A stretch of 64,000 nucleotides of DNA from a virus: positions 32,001 to 96,000 of IMG/VR virus record IMGVR_UViG_3300023174_003433. One strand, written 5' to 3'. The translations under genes and the position numbers were made by a program. Below the pieces are notes generated by a model that saw only the letters and a program-made list of their open reading frames with translations, ran no database searches and had not been told where the DNA came from. Every line of letters starts with the position of its first letter. The first letter of the stretch is position 1. Below, in pieces: positions 1 through 9,000 of the stretch.

Positions 1-497
1 TTAATTTTTTTTGAATCTGTGTTATTGTTTATCCAAATAGAGCCAAAACTAGGATTTTTTTGGCCAGTTCTTGTTCCTATCATTGATTTTTTTATATTTA
101 ACCTATGTTCTTTTGATTTTGGTTTTTTGTGTTTGTTTTTTGTTTCTTCTGAAAGTTTCCAAGTTTTGCCTTTGGAACCATTTGTTAATTTCCTAACTTT
201 CAAAAATTGATTTTTTTTAATTGTTTTTTCTTCTTCGGTTAAATTATTCCAAAATTCTTTACCTTTTTTAGATAAATGGTTTTTTATTGATTCTTGATTC
301 ATTATACCTTTAAGTATATCTTCTTTACCAATTAAACCGGCCAGTCCTTGCCAAGCATAATAATCTTGATATCTTCCTTGTTCTTCCCAAAGCAATTTAT
401 GAGCTTCGGCGTGTTCTTCAACAGTAAGTTCTATTAAGTTTGATGGATCATCAGTACCACCAGCGTGTTTTGGAATAATATGGTGTTTATGTTTCAT
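1..497 (-). mobile_element. Free-standing HNH homing endonuclease with NUMOD3-like basic C-terminal region (runs off left edge)
   Basis: Not in ORF track. Hand translation from ATG at 497: MKHKHHIIPKHAGGTDDPSNLIELTVEEHAEAHKLLW... (HH-IIP-x3-GG-x-D-x3-NL-x2-LT-x2-EH-x3-H signature), then KGKTWKLSEETKNK and GQKNPSFG motifs. Confidence 0.85.
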
Positions 498-498
498 A

Positions 499-1272
499 TC
501 AATTCATTAGAAATTCCAATGGCGCTCCGTATTCGGTTTGCATTTCGGTTTCCAGCTTCTCAATTTCACCTACCGCTTCTTCATAAATCTTATCACCATT
601 AAGTGTGACACCACCTGGTAACTGTAAGCCAGAAAACTTTTTGAGGTTATTTCCCCATGTTCGTTTAATTAAAGCGGTAGTATATTCTTTTAACCAACGG
701 TCATTCCACACACGATTATATGTTGTGGCATCAATACAAGCATAACATTCGGCAACTACAATTGTACCCGCTGGTGCTTCAGATGCTCCCCATGCCCAAT
801 CAATAAAGAGTTTTCCCATATGTCGTTGGAAACGAATAGGAACTTCTCCACTAAACAATAACTCTAGTGAACGTAAATGCTGTTGAGTTAAGGTATAATT
901 GACGTATGATGCGGAGGTGAAGTCGTAGAGTTCGTTTAGACGGAGTTGATACCGCAGGTCAAACATATTAATAGTTGCCTGAGAATCTTGAACTGGAAAA
1001 ATACGAGTAACGCCAACAATGTCCAAAGGAACATTGGCAGAATCTAACACATTGGTTAAATTCAAATATTGATTATTGACATCGGTATCCGTAATCCTTC
1101 GAATATAATAGATTTTTTGGAGACCATCAAAGTGGTAGTCTTGCCAATATTGAATGGCATCATCTATTCTATCTTCTAACTGGTCATCATCAATATTGAT
1201 TTCAATGACTGGAAAACCTAATCGTCTGAGGCAATAATCTTTGAGTGTTTGTCTACTAGTTACCGCTGGCAT
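499..1272 (-). CDS. gp13: Neck protein gp13
   Basis: LKDYCLRRLGFPVIEINIDDDQLEDRIDDA N-terminus and WGNNLKKFSGLQLPGGVTLNG C-terminus typical of T4-like gp13. Confidence 0.92.
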   Translation of the reverse strand: MPAVTSRQTLKDYCLRRLGFPVIEINIDDDQLEDRIDDAIQYWQDYHFDGLQKIYYIRRITDTDVNNQYLNLTNVLDSANVPLDIVGVTRIFPVQDSQATINMFDLRYQLRLNELYDFTSASYVNYTLTQQHLRSLELLFSGEVPIRFQRHMGKLFIDWAWGASEAPAGTIVVAECYACIDATTYNRVWNDRWLKEYTTALIKRTWGNNLKKFSGLQLPGGVTLNGDKIYEEAVGEIEKLETEMQTEYGAPLEFLMN

Positions 1273-1293
1273 ATTACCCTCCTATTATAGAGG

Positions 1294-1301
1294 TATTTAT
1301 A
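1294..1301 (-). promoter_or_regulatory. T4-type late promoter TATAAATA
   Basis: Exact TATAAATA about 20 nt upstream of gp13 start. Confidence 0.8.
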
Positions 1302-1312
1302 CCTTGTCCTGT

Positions 1313-2146
1313 TTATTGTATTCCAAGACTTTTCCTTATTTTGGTTGCGGAAATATCAGTAATTGATTTATCAAAAGACTCTTGTTCAATTTTATAACCT
1401 ACATCACGACCATAAGTAATATTTACAATGTTTGGTACCACCTGAATCTCATATTGACCTTGAAACAACGGATCCAAATCTCTACGGATGTATGATTTAA
1501 CTTGTTCAATGGCAAAAGGATTAGAACCTTGCCATCCTTGACAGTCACGGATTTGAATAACCACTTGACCAGTTTTGGCAATGGCTCGCTCAAATAAAGC
1601 TCGATGGCCTTCATGCCATGGTTGCCAACGACCTAACATCTGTACAGTTTCTTTCTGCCAGTCAAATGTTGGACGCCTACGATTCTCAATGATATGGTTA
1701 CCAATAAACTCAGCCCATTTTTCAGCATTTTGTTCTGTCACACGGAAGTCATATACTTCTGGTGGAATGAACGCTTTATTGGTATCTTCAAATCGACCTT
1801 TTTCAATTGTGTCCATCCAAATAGTCCAATCGGCTTTAAAGTTGTTTCTCATCTCAACCAATGGCGCCACAAAATCACAGATAACATAATCACCGCCAGC
1901 CTCTAAAGCAAACTGTGCCATTCTTAGAGATTGGCGAATACGACCAGCATCTGAGAAATCCCAATCATTATATTTTTTACGAACTTCATCAGCATTAAAC
2001 CAAGTGACTTGAGCATTAAAGCCTGTAATTGGCAACATCTCAGCAATATTATTCGTTGTACCGTTTTTTTCAAGGTATTTTTTTAAGGCTTCTGCCATAA
2101 ATGTTTTTCCAGAACCTGGTAATCCCATAATCAAAATCTTTTTCAT
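1313..2146 (-). CDS. cysC: Adenylylsulfate (APS) kinase-like domain fused to an HxGH nucleotidyltransferase domain
   Basis: P-loop GLPGSGKT, NADEVR, DFSDAGRIRQ, DFVAP as in APS kinase; C-terminal GRWQPWHEGH nucleotidyltransferase motif. Confidence 0.8.
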   Translation of the reverse strand: MKKILIMGLPGSGKTFMAEALKKYLEKNGTTNNIAEMLPITGFNAQVTWFNADEVRKKYNDWDFSDAGRIRQSLRMAQFALEAGGDYVICDFVAPLVEMRNNFKADWTIWMDTIEKGRFEDTNKAFIPPEVYDFRVTEQNAEKWAEFIGNHIIENRRRPTFDWQKETVQMLGRWQPWHEGHRALFERAIAKTGQVVIQIRDCQGWQGSNPFAIEQVKSYIRRDLDPLFQGQYEIQVVPNIVNITYGRDVGYKIEQESFDKSITDISATKIRKSLGIQ

Positions 2147-2156
2147 TTGTATTCCT

Positions 2157-2894
2157 TTATTGAGGTTTGCATAATAAATTATTTCCTACTACCTTATAAT
2201 CATATTCATACTGATCTAAAAATTGCTTGATATCATCTATAATAGTTTTTCTGTTGTCGCAGTGTTCCACAAATATAATAGGTAGGTGCTTTTTGATTGT
2301 ATTGGAGCCTCCAACTAAAACATCTAAGTCCATACCTTCTACATCTATCTTTAGCAGATGCACTTTAGGTATATTATAGTGTTCTAAAAACCAATCAATT
2401 GTGTGTATGTCAACAACGACTTTATTGTTTGTTTTTTCGGTAATAATATCTTCTACTAAACTAAAAGTACCAAAATCATTTTTTCTAAAGTAATTAGGTT
2501 CTTCAAATTCAATTTTAGTATTATCTTTACCTAATCCAATGTTGTATGGATATACATTATATAGATTGTTTATAGAAGCATTTCCACACAGCATTTTAAA
2601 CACTTCTCTTTGAGGCTCAAAAGAATATATTTTTCCTTGAGGAAAGGCTCTGGACATCCAAGTGGTAAACGTTCCTATATTGGCACCAATGTCAAATATT
2701 ATAGGTTCAGAATATTCTTTAATTGATTCATAACAATTGAATGCTTCAATCGTAGAAGTATTTCCATGATCTAATAACCATTGGCCATGACCAACTTGTT
2801 CACTATTACAATCAAATCGATTTACAATCATTAAACCGTGGTCACAACTCAGTAACACATTTCGGTGAACTTTATCACCTATATTAAAAACCAT
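2157..2894 (-). CDS. FkbM-family methyltransferase
   Basis: FDIGANIG, SFEPQ, LLKIDVEG motifs. Confidence 0.9.
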   Translation of the reverse strand: MVFNIGDKVHRNVLLSCDHGLMIVNRFDCNSEQVGHGQWLLDHGNTSTIEAFNCYESIKEYSEPIIFDIGANIGTFTTWMSRAFPQGKIYSFEPQREVFKMLCGNASINNLYNVYPYNIGLGKDNTKIEFEEPNYFRKNDFGTFSLVEDIITEKTNNKVVVDIHTIDWFLEHYNIPKVHLLKIDVEGMDLDVLVGGSNTIKKHLPIIFVEHCDNRKTIIDDIKQFLDQYEYDYKVVGNNLLCKPQ

Positions 2895-2895
2895 T

Positions 2896-3498
2896 CTATT
2901 CTTTCAACTTTTTAAAAGCCACTTGAAAAGAATCTGGTAAATGTATTAATTCTATTTTATGCCAATTACATTGTATAAACATCTCAATGCCCATTCTTGG
3001 AGAGAGTTGTACAGGAGCACTACCATGTTCATCAACAAGTTTCCAGCCTATAGAATCGTCACATAACATTACTCCGCCTACTGGCAGTAATCTCCAAGAT
3101 AGCATCATATCTTCTAGAACAGCAGCAGATGTATGGTCACCATCAACAAAAATAAATTCAGCTGTTTCTTTTTGATGAATCAACTCGACTAAAGCCTCAT
3201 AACTGTATTTGTTAATGTATGTTACATTGCCTACACACTTACTTAAATTATATTCAAACGTTCTTTTAATTGTTTTAAAATCAAAATTTGGATTATCATT
3301 TAATGTGGTGTGTGGATCAATGGCATATATTTTAAATTTATCATTATGAATTTTACCAAACTCTGAAACCCAAAATGTGGTTATTCCTTCAAAACAACCA
3401 ATTTCTATCATTGTGTTTGGTACACCAAACTTTTCAAATAAAAATTTAATATTCGTTTGAGTTCTTTCTCTACCCATATCGACTGTTGAAATATACAT
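2896..3498 (-). CDS. Class I SAM-dependent methyltransferase (Methyltransf_24-like)
   Basis: EIGCFEG, IDP, FIFVDGDH, GGVMLCDD motifs; start moved to ATG 3498 just after the upstream stop. Confidence 0.85.
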   Translation of the reverse strand: MYISTVDMGRERTQTNIKFLFEKFGVPNTMIEIGCFEGITTFWVSEFGKIHNDKFKIYAIDPHTTLNDNPNFDFKTIKRTFEYNLSKCVGNVTYINKYSYEALVELIHQKETAEFIFVDGDHTSAAVLEDMMLSWRLLPVGGVMLCDDSIGWKLVDEHGSAPVQLSPRMGIEMFIQCNWHKIELIHLPDSFQVAFKKLKE

Positions 3499-3499
3499 A

Positions 3500-4108
3500 T
3501 CAATTATTCTTTTTATGCCAATCAGCAAATCTTCCTGGCTTATGCACTCTGATAAAAATATTTACACTTTCACAGACATTCGCCATAGTATTTAAATTAA
3601 TGTCCATCTGTTTTGGTGCCAGCATACCATCTTGCTGTTGTTGTAACCAATAGCCAACCATATTGTAAGTCACATCATAAACTTCCAAATCTACGTCATG
3701 GTATAATCCAAATGTACTATCACTTAATTTTTTAGCAATAGATTCAAAATTTACTTTTTGGTCAAACATTTTAAAAGTTTTGGCAGTCAATGGCCTAACA
3801 TGAGTGTAATCGTCCCAAAACAAATCACACCGATGATGTGGTACATTGATAAACCATTCTGCTTGATCTGCACTTACTCGATACATTTCTTTAATAATAT
3901 TGGTAAAAACTTTTGGATCTTGACCTAAATGTTCCAAAACATTATCTGCTGTAATTTTTTCAAAGAAGTTATCTTCATATGGCCAAGGAGTTATTTCAAA
4001 ATCTAATACTTCATCAGGATTACATTTGGCTTCTACATCTACATTCCAATGGTCGTTTAATTTTTTAAATCCACAACCCATGTTTAGTTTTTTATTTTCT
4101 GGTGTCAT
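3500..4108 (-). CDS. Class I SAM-dependent methyltransferase (Methyltransf_11-like)
   Basis: KLNMGCG, NVD, VLEHL, EMYRV, DYTH motifs; start at ATG 4108 preceded by AAGGA. Confidence 0.8.
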   Translation of the reverse strand: MTPENKKLNMGCGFKKLNDHWNVDVEAKCNPDEVLDFEITPWPYEDNFFEKITADNVLEHLGQDPKVFTNIIKEMYRVSADQAEWFINVPHHRCDLFWDDYTHVRPLTAKTFKMFDQKVNFESIAKKLSDSTFGLYHDVDLEVYDVTYNMVGYWLQQQQDGMLAPKQMDINLNTMANVCESVNIFIRVHKPGRFADWHKKNN

Positions 4109-4122
4109 AATATATTCCTTTA

Positions 4123-4920
4123 TTAAATCCAAGCATTCCAAAATATTTCACGATTATACTGTTCGTAAATATCAAGTCCAAGATACTCTACACAATTAAC
4201 TGTGGTACGATCAAGTGATGGCTTAATCTTGTGTAAGTTAGGCAAACCAATTGCCAAATCATTATACACTTCTGTTTGAACAATCTTTTCAAAATCATGT
4301 TCAAACTTTGGTAGTTCTAAAAATTCATAGATACGTTTAGTTTGGCTTTTTGGACTATTGCAAAAACGATTGTAATCAATAAAAAGAAAACGATCCAAAT
4401 AACCCATTGTAATTGCATCTTTAATATTTCTATGAGATAATCCCATTGCGCCTTCTGGACCAGCATAGTAATAAGCTCTTGAAGCAATATTGGATCCTTC
4501 TCTTAAAGAAGAATCTGCTTTGGTAAAAAACAAAGGATTCTCTTTTCTAAGTTTTTCAAAAGAAGTTAAAATTTCGGCTGGGTTTCTAACACAAACAATA
4601 ATTTTAACTTTGCGATCCAAAATTGCTTCGACTTGTGGTAGTAGTGGAATCCATCCACGGTCTTTATCAACAATAATAGGCTTATCAATATGAGAATAAT
4701 ATCCCTGTAATACTGATTTTAAAACTCCAACTTTGGCATCTGTATTATTATATTCTTGATTTTGTTCCATACTAGACCAAGAAGCATTAATACTACCAAA
4801 TATAGAAGATAAAGAACTTACGGATTCTCCGTGAACTTCTGAATTTTGTTTGAGTATGTTTGTTATGAGAGTGGAACCTGATCTTGGGAGACCTGCCACA
4901 AAATGTATGGTTTTTTCCAT
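4123..4920 (-). CDS. Sulfotransferase
   Basis: 5'-PSB motif GLPRSGSTL, DK, 3'-PB motif VRNP..IL.S. Confidence 0.88.
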   Translation of the reverse strand: MEKTIHFVAGLPRSGSTLITNILKQNSEVHGESVSSLSSIFGSINASWSSMEQNQEYNNTDAKVGVLKSVLQGYYSHIDKPIIVDKDRGWIPLLPQVEAILDRKVKIIVCVRNPAEILTSFEKLRKENPLFFTKADSSLREGSNIASRAYYYAGPEGAMGLSHRNIKDAITMGYLDRFLFIDYNRFCNSPKSQTKRIYEFLELPKFEHDFEKIVQTEVYNDLAIGLPNLHKIKPSLDRTTVNCVEYLGLDIYEQYNREIFWNAWI

Positions 4921-4970
4921 GATTACCTTTCAGTTTAAAATTATAAAATCAAGATTTAACACTTGTTGTA

Positions 4971-4978
4971 TATTTATA
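4971..4978 (-). promoter_or_regulatory. T4-type late promoter TATAAATA
   Basis: Exact consensus about 50 nt upstream of the sulfotransferase start. Confidence 0.7.
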
Positions 4979-6035
4979 CGCTTATTTTTTCAGCTTTTTG
5001 TTTTTTAGTTTTTTGAGGAAAACGTTCTTTTAATTCATTAGAAACTTTTTGAAATGTATCTGTCCAATCTCCAAATTTAGTTTGCCTAAAAACTTTAGTG
5101 GTGTTTTGATACCAAGGACTATGATCTCCTCCATAAGCCCAAACATGATATGGTAACAATGGCACAATTACCCATGTGGGTTTACCCATTGCAGAAGCAA
5201 GATGAGCAATACTAGTACAAGAAGTAATAACTAAATCTAAATTAGCAATACATGCAGCTGTATCTTCCCAAGAAATTATTAAATGTTGAAGATCGGATAT
5301 TGCTTCAGGTAATTCTTTTACATCTGTATCTCTTTGCAAACTATAGAATTGTATATGAGGAAAATCTTTGTGTAAATTAATTAATTTTTCTGCAGGAAAA
5401 ATACGAAATTGCTGATGTTCAAAAAGAGGGCTACCACTCCAACGAATACCAACTTTTATTTTTTCTGTGTTTAACATTGTTTTCCAAAGATCGACACTTT
5501 CGTTTTTAGCAAAAATGTAAGGCTCGTTTGGTAAATTATCAAATTCATGTCCAAATAACCAGCTAGCACTAAATCCTGGAATCCAAAAATCATGATATGT
5601 TTGAGATACTTGGTCTAAAGTGATACATTCTTTAACACCAGGAATCCGTAGAAAGAGGGGGTGCAATAATTTTTCACAACACATAATACATTTACCGCCT
5701 CGTTTCCAAATTTCGGTGGCAAATCTAGCGTAAATCATTTGGTCGCCAAAACCACACTCCATATTTAAAATGACAGTTTTACCTTTTAAATCACTTTGAT
5801 CCCAAATTGGCTTAGTAGTGTTAATTTTACCACTACCATAAACTTTGAGTGCTCGTCCATTTTCAAGACATTGAAATCCTTCTTGTAATTTTCCTTGATT
5901 AATAAGAAACCAACCACGATTAAATTTTGCTTTTGGATCTGTAGGATCTAAAGCTTCCAATTCTTCAGCCAATTTCCAAGCTTCTTCAAATCTTCCTCTT
6001 ATCATCAAATTCAATTGCTGATCAATCATATGCAT
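4974..6035 (-). CDS. TPR-containing glycosyltransferase (GT9-like)
   Basis: N-terminal TPR; ECGFGDQMIYARF, KVGIRWSG, SLQ, DTAACIANLDLVITSCTSIAHLASAMGKPTW, SPWY, FRQ...GDW. Confidence 0.88.
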   Translation of the reverse strand: MHMIDQQLNLMIRGRFEEAWKLAEELEALDPTDPKAKFNRGWFLINQGKLQEGFQCLENGRALKVYGSGKINTTKPIWDQSDLKGKTVILNMECGFGDQMIYARFATEIWKRGGKCIMCCEKLLHPLFLRIPGVKECITLDQVSQTYHDFWIPGFSASWLFGHEFDNLPNEPYIFAKNESVDLWKTMLNTEKIKVGIRWSGSPLFEHQQFRIFPAEKLINLHKDFPHIQFYSLQRDTDVKELPEAISDLQHLIISWEDTAACIANLDLVITSCTSIAHLASAMGKPTWVIVPLLPYHVWAYGGDHSPWYQNTTKVFRQTKFGDWTDTFQKVSNELKERFPQKTKKQKAEKISV

Positions 6036-6067
6036 AATCTAAAACTCCTGTAAAATAATTATATAGA

Positions 6068-6074
6068 TATTTAG
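6068..6074 (-). promoter_or_regulatory. Late-promoter variant CTAAATA
   Basis: TAAATA core in the short gap about 33 nt upstream of the glycosyltransferase. Confidence 0.5.
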
Positions 6075-6083
6075 TAAAGCTTT

Positions 6084-9000
6084 TTATGAAATTCCTACTG
6101 TATGAGCATCACCACCAGCAGATACAGCAGTCCATGAGCTGGATCCTATTTGTACTGGACTGGATCTACTGGTAAGTGTACCATCTCCTAATCGGCCACT
6201 ACCATTATATCCCCACGTAAACAATGTACCACCAGAACGTATAGCTGCTGTATGTACACCACCAGCAGATACAGCAGTCCATGAGCTGGATCCTATTTGT
6301 ACTGGACTGGATTTACTGTTAATGGATCCACTTGTACCATCTCCTAATTGGCCTTGACCATTATATCCCCATGTAAACAAGGTACCACCAGAACGTATAG
6401 CTGCTGTATGATTACCACCAGCAGATACAGCAGTCCATGAGCTGGATCCTATTTGTACTGGACTGGATCTATTGATAAGTGTACCATCTCCTAATCGACC
6501 GACACTATTAGATCCCCATGTAAACAAGGTACCACCAGAACGAATAGCTGCTGTATGAATACTACCAGGACCAGCAGCCACAGCAGTCCATGAGCTGGAT
6601 CCTATTTGTACTGGACTGGATTTTTGAGTACCAAAACCACCAGTACCATCTCCTAATTGGCCATTACTATTAAGTCCCCACGTAAACAAAGTACCACCAG
6701 AACGAATAGCGACTGTGTGACTAAGACCACCAGCCACAGCAGTCCATGAGCTGGATCCTATTTGAACTGGACTGGATCTAGATGTGCTTGTACCATCTCC
6801 TAATTGGCCATATGTATTATTTCCCCATGTAAACAAGGTACCACCAGAACGAATAGCTGCTGTATGATCACGACCAGCACCTACAGCAGTCCATGAGCTG
6901 GATCCTATTTGAACTGGACTGGATCTACTAGTAGTTGTACCATCTCCTAATTGGCCAGCATTAACTCCCCATGTAAATAATCTTCCATCAGAACGAATAG
7001 CTGCTGTATGAGTACCACCAGCAGCCACAGCAGTCCATGAGCTGGATCCTATTAATAAGGGAGAAGGTAGAATAACCACAACATTATTGCCTACTGTTAT
7101 TGGACTGGATTTATTAGTTAATGATCCACCTGTACCATCTCCTAATTGGCCAGATTGATTATATCCCCATGTAAACAATATATTATCAGAACGAATAGCT
7201 GCTGTATGACCTCTACTTACGCTACTATTACCACCACCAGACACAGCAGTCCATGAGCTGGATCCTATTTGTATAGGACTGGATCTACTGACAATTGAAC
7301 TATTTCCTAATTGGCCTTGACCATTATATCCCCATGCAAACAGAGTACCACCAGAACGAATAGCTGCTGTATGCCTACCTCCAGCAGACACAGCAGTCCA
7401 GGAACTAGATCCTATTTGTACTGGCCTAGATTTAGCAACAGCTGTACCATCTCCTAATTGGCCACCAGTATTACCTCCCCATGTAAATAAGTAGCCATCA
7501 GAACGAATAGCTGCTGAATGAGATAAACCAGCAGTTACAACAGTCCATGACATAGATGCAAAATCGGATCCAATTTGTACTGGACTGGATTTACTGTTAA
7601 TGGCTCCACTTGTACCATCTCCTAATTGGCCATGAAAATTATATCCCCATGTAAATATTGTACCACCAGAACGTATAGCTGCTGTATGAGCATCACCACC
7701 AGACACAGCAGTCCATGAGCTGGATCCTATTTGTACTGGACTGGATCTATTGGTAAGTGTACCATCTCCTAATCGGCCATCACTTCTTTGAGAATTATTT
7801 CCCCATGTAAACAAATATCCATCAGAACGTATAGCTCCAGTATGATACCTACCAGCACCTACAGCAGTCCATGAGCTGGATCCTATTTGTACTGGACTGG
7901 ATTTGAGAGCAGTTGTACCATCTCCTAATTGGCCAGCACTATTAAATCCCCATGTAAATAGTGTACCACCGGAACGAATAGCTACTGCATGGTATTGGCC
8001 ACCAGCCACAGCAGTCCAAGAGCTAGATCCTATTTGTACTGGACTAGATTTAGAAACATTCGTACCATCTCCCAATTGGCCAAAAATACCTTGGCCCCAT
8101 GTAAACAACGTACCCCCAGAACGAATAGCTGTTGAATGCCGGCGCCCAGCAGCCACAGCAGTCCATGAACTAGATCCTATTTGAACTGGACTGGAGCTAC
8201 TAGTAGTTGTACCATCTCCTAATTGGCCATTATTATTATAACCCCATGTAAACAAGTAACCATCAGAACGAATAGCTGCTGTATGATCATTTACACTACC
8301 AGCAGCTACAGCAGTCCATGAGCTGGATCCTATTTGTACAGGACTGGAGCTACTAGTAGTTGTACCATCTCCTAACTGGCCATTGTTATTAAATCCCCAC
8401 GTAAATAATGTGCCACCAGATCGAATAGCTACTGTATGCTTAGCACCAGTACTCACAGCAGTCCATGAACTGGATCCAATTTGAACTGGACTGGATCTAG
8501 AAGTGGTTGTACCATCTCCTAAACATCCAGGATTATTATAACCCCATGTAAATAAATATCCATCAGAACGAATAGCTGCTACATGCGCATAACCAGTAGA
8601 CACAACAGTCCAACTCGCAGAACTTGCAATTACAACTGGACTTGATTGCACTATATTAATGAATCCTATTTGTACAGGACTGGATCTATTGGTAAGTGTA
8701 CTATCTCCCACTTGGCCCGCAGTATTAATTCCCCATGTAAATAATAAATTATCAGAACGAATAGCTCCCGCATGATAACCACCAGTACTCACAGCAGTCC
8801 ATGAGCTGGATCCTATTTGTACAGGACTGGAGCTACTAGTAGTTGTACCATCTCCTAACTGGCCACCGCTATTAAATCCCCACGTAAATAATGTGCCACC
8901 AGATCGAATAGCTGCTGTGAAAGCTGCGCCAGCATTTATTACAGTCCAGGAACTAGATCCTATTTGAATCGGACTGGATTTGCTATTAGCATCACCGGAT

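Noticed and set aside
19-210. 63-aa hydrophobic plus-strand ORF
   Set aside because: It is antisense to the lysine-rich part of the HNH endonuclease gene.
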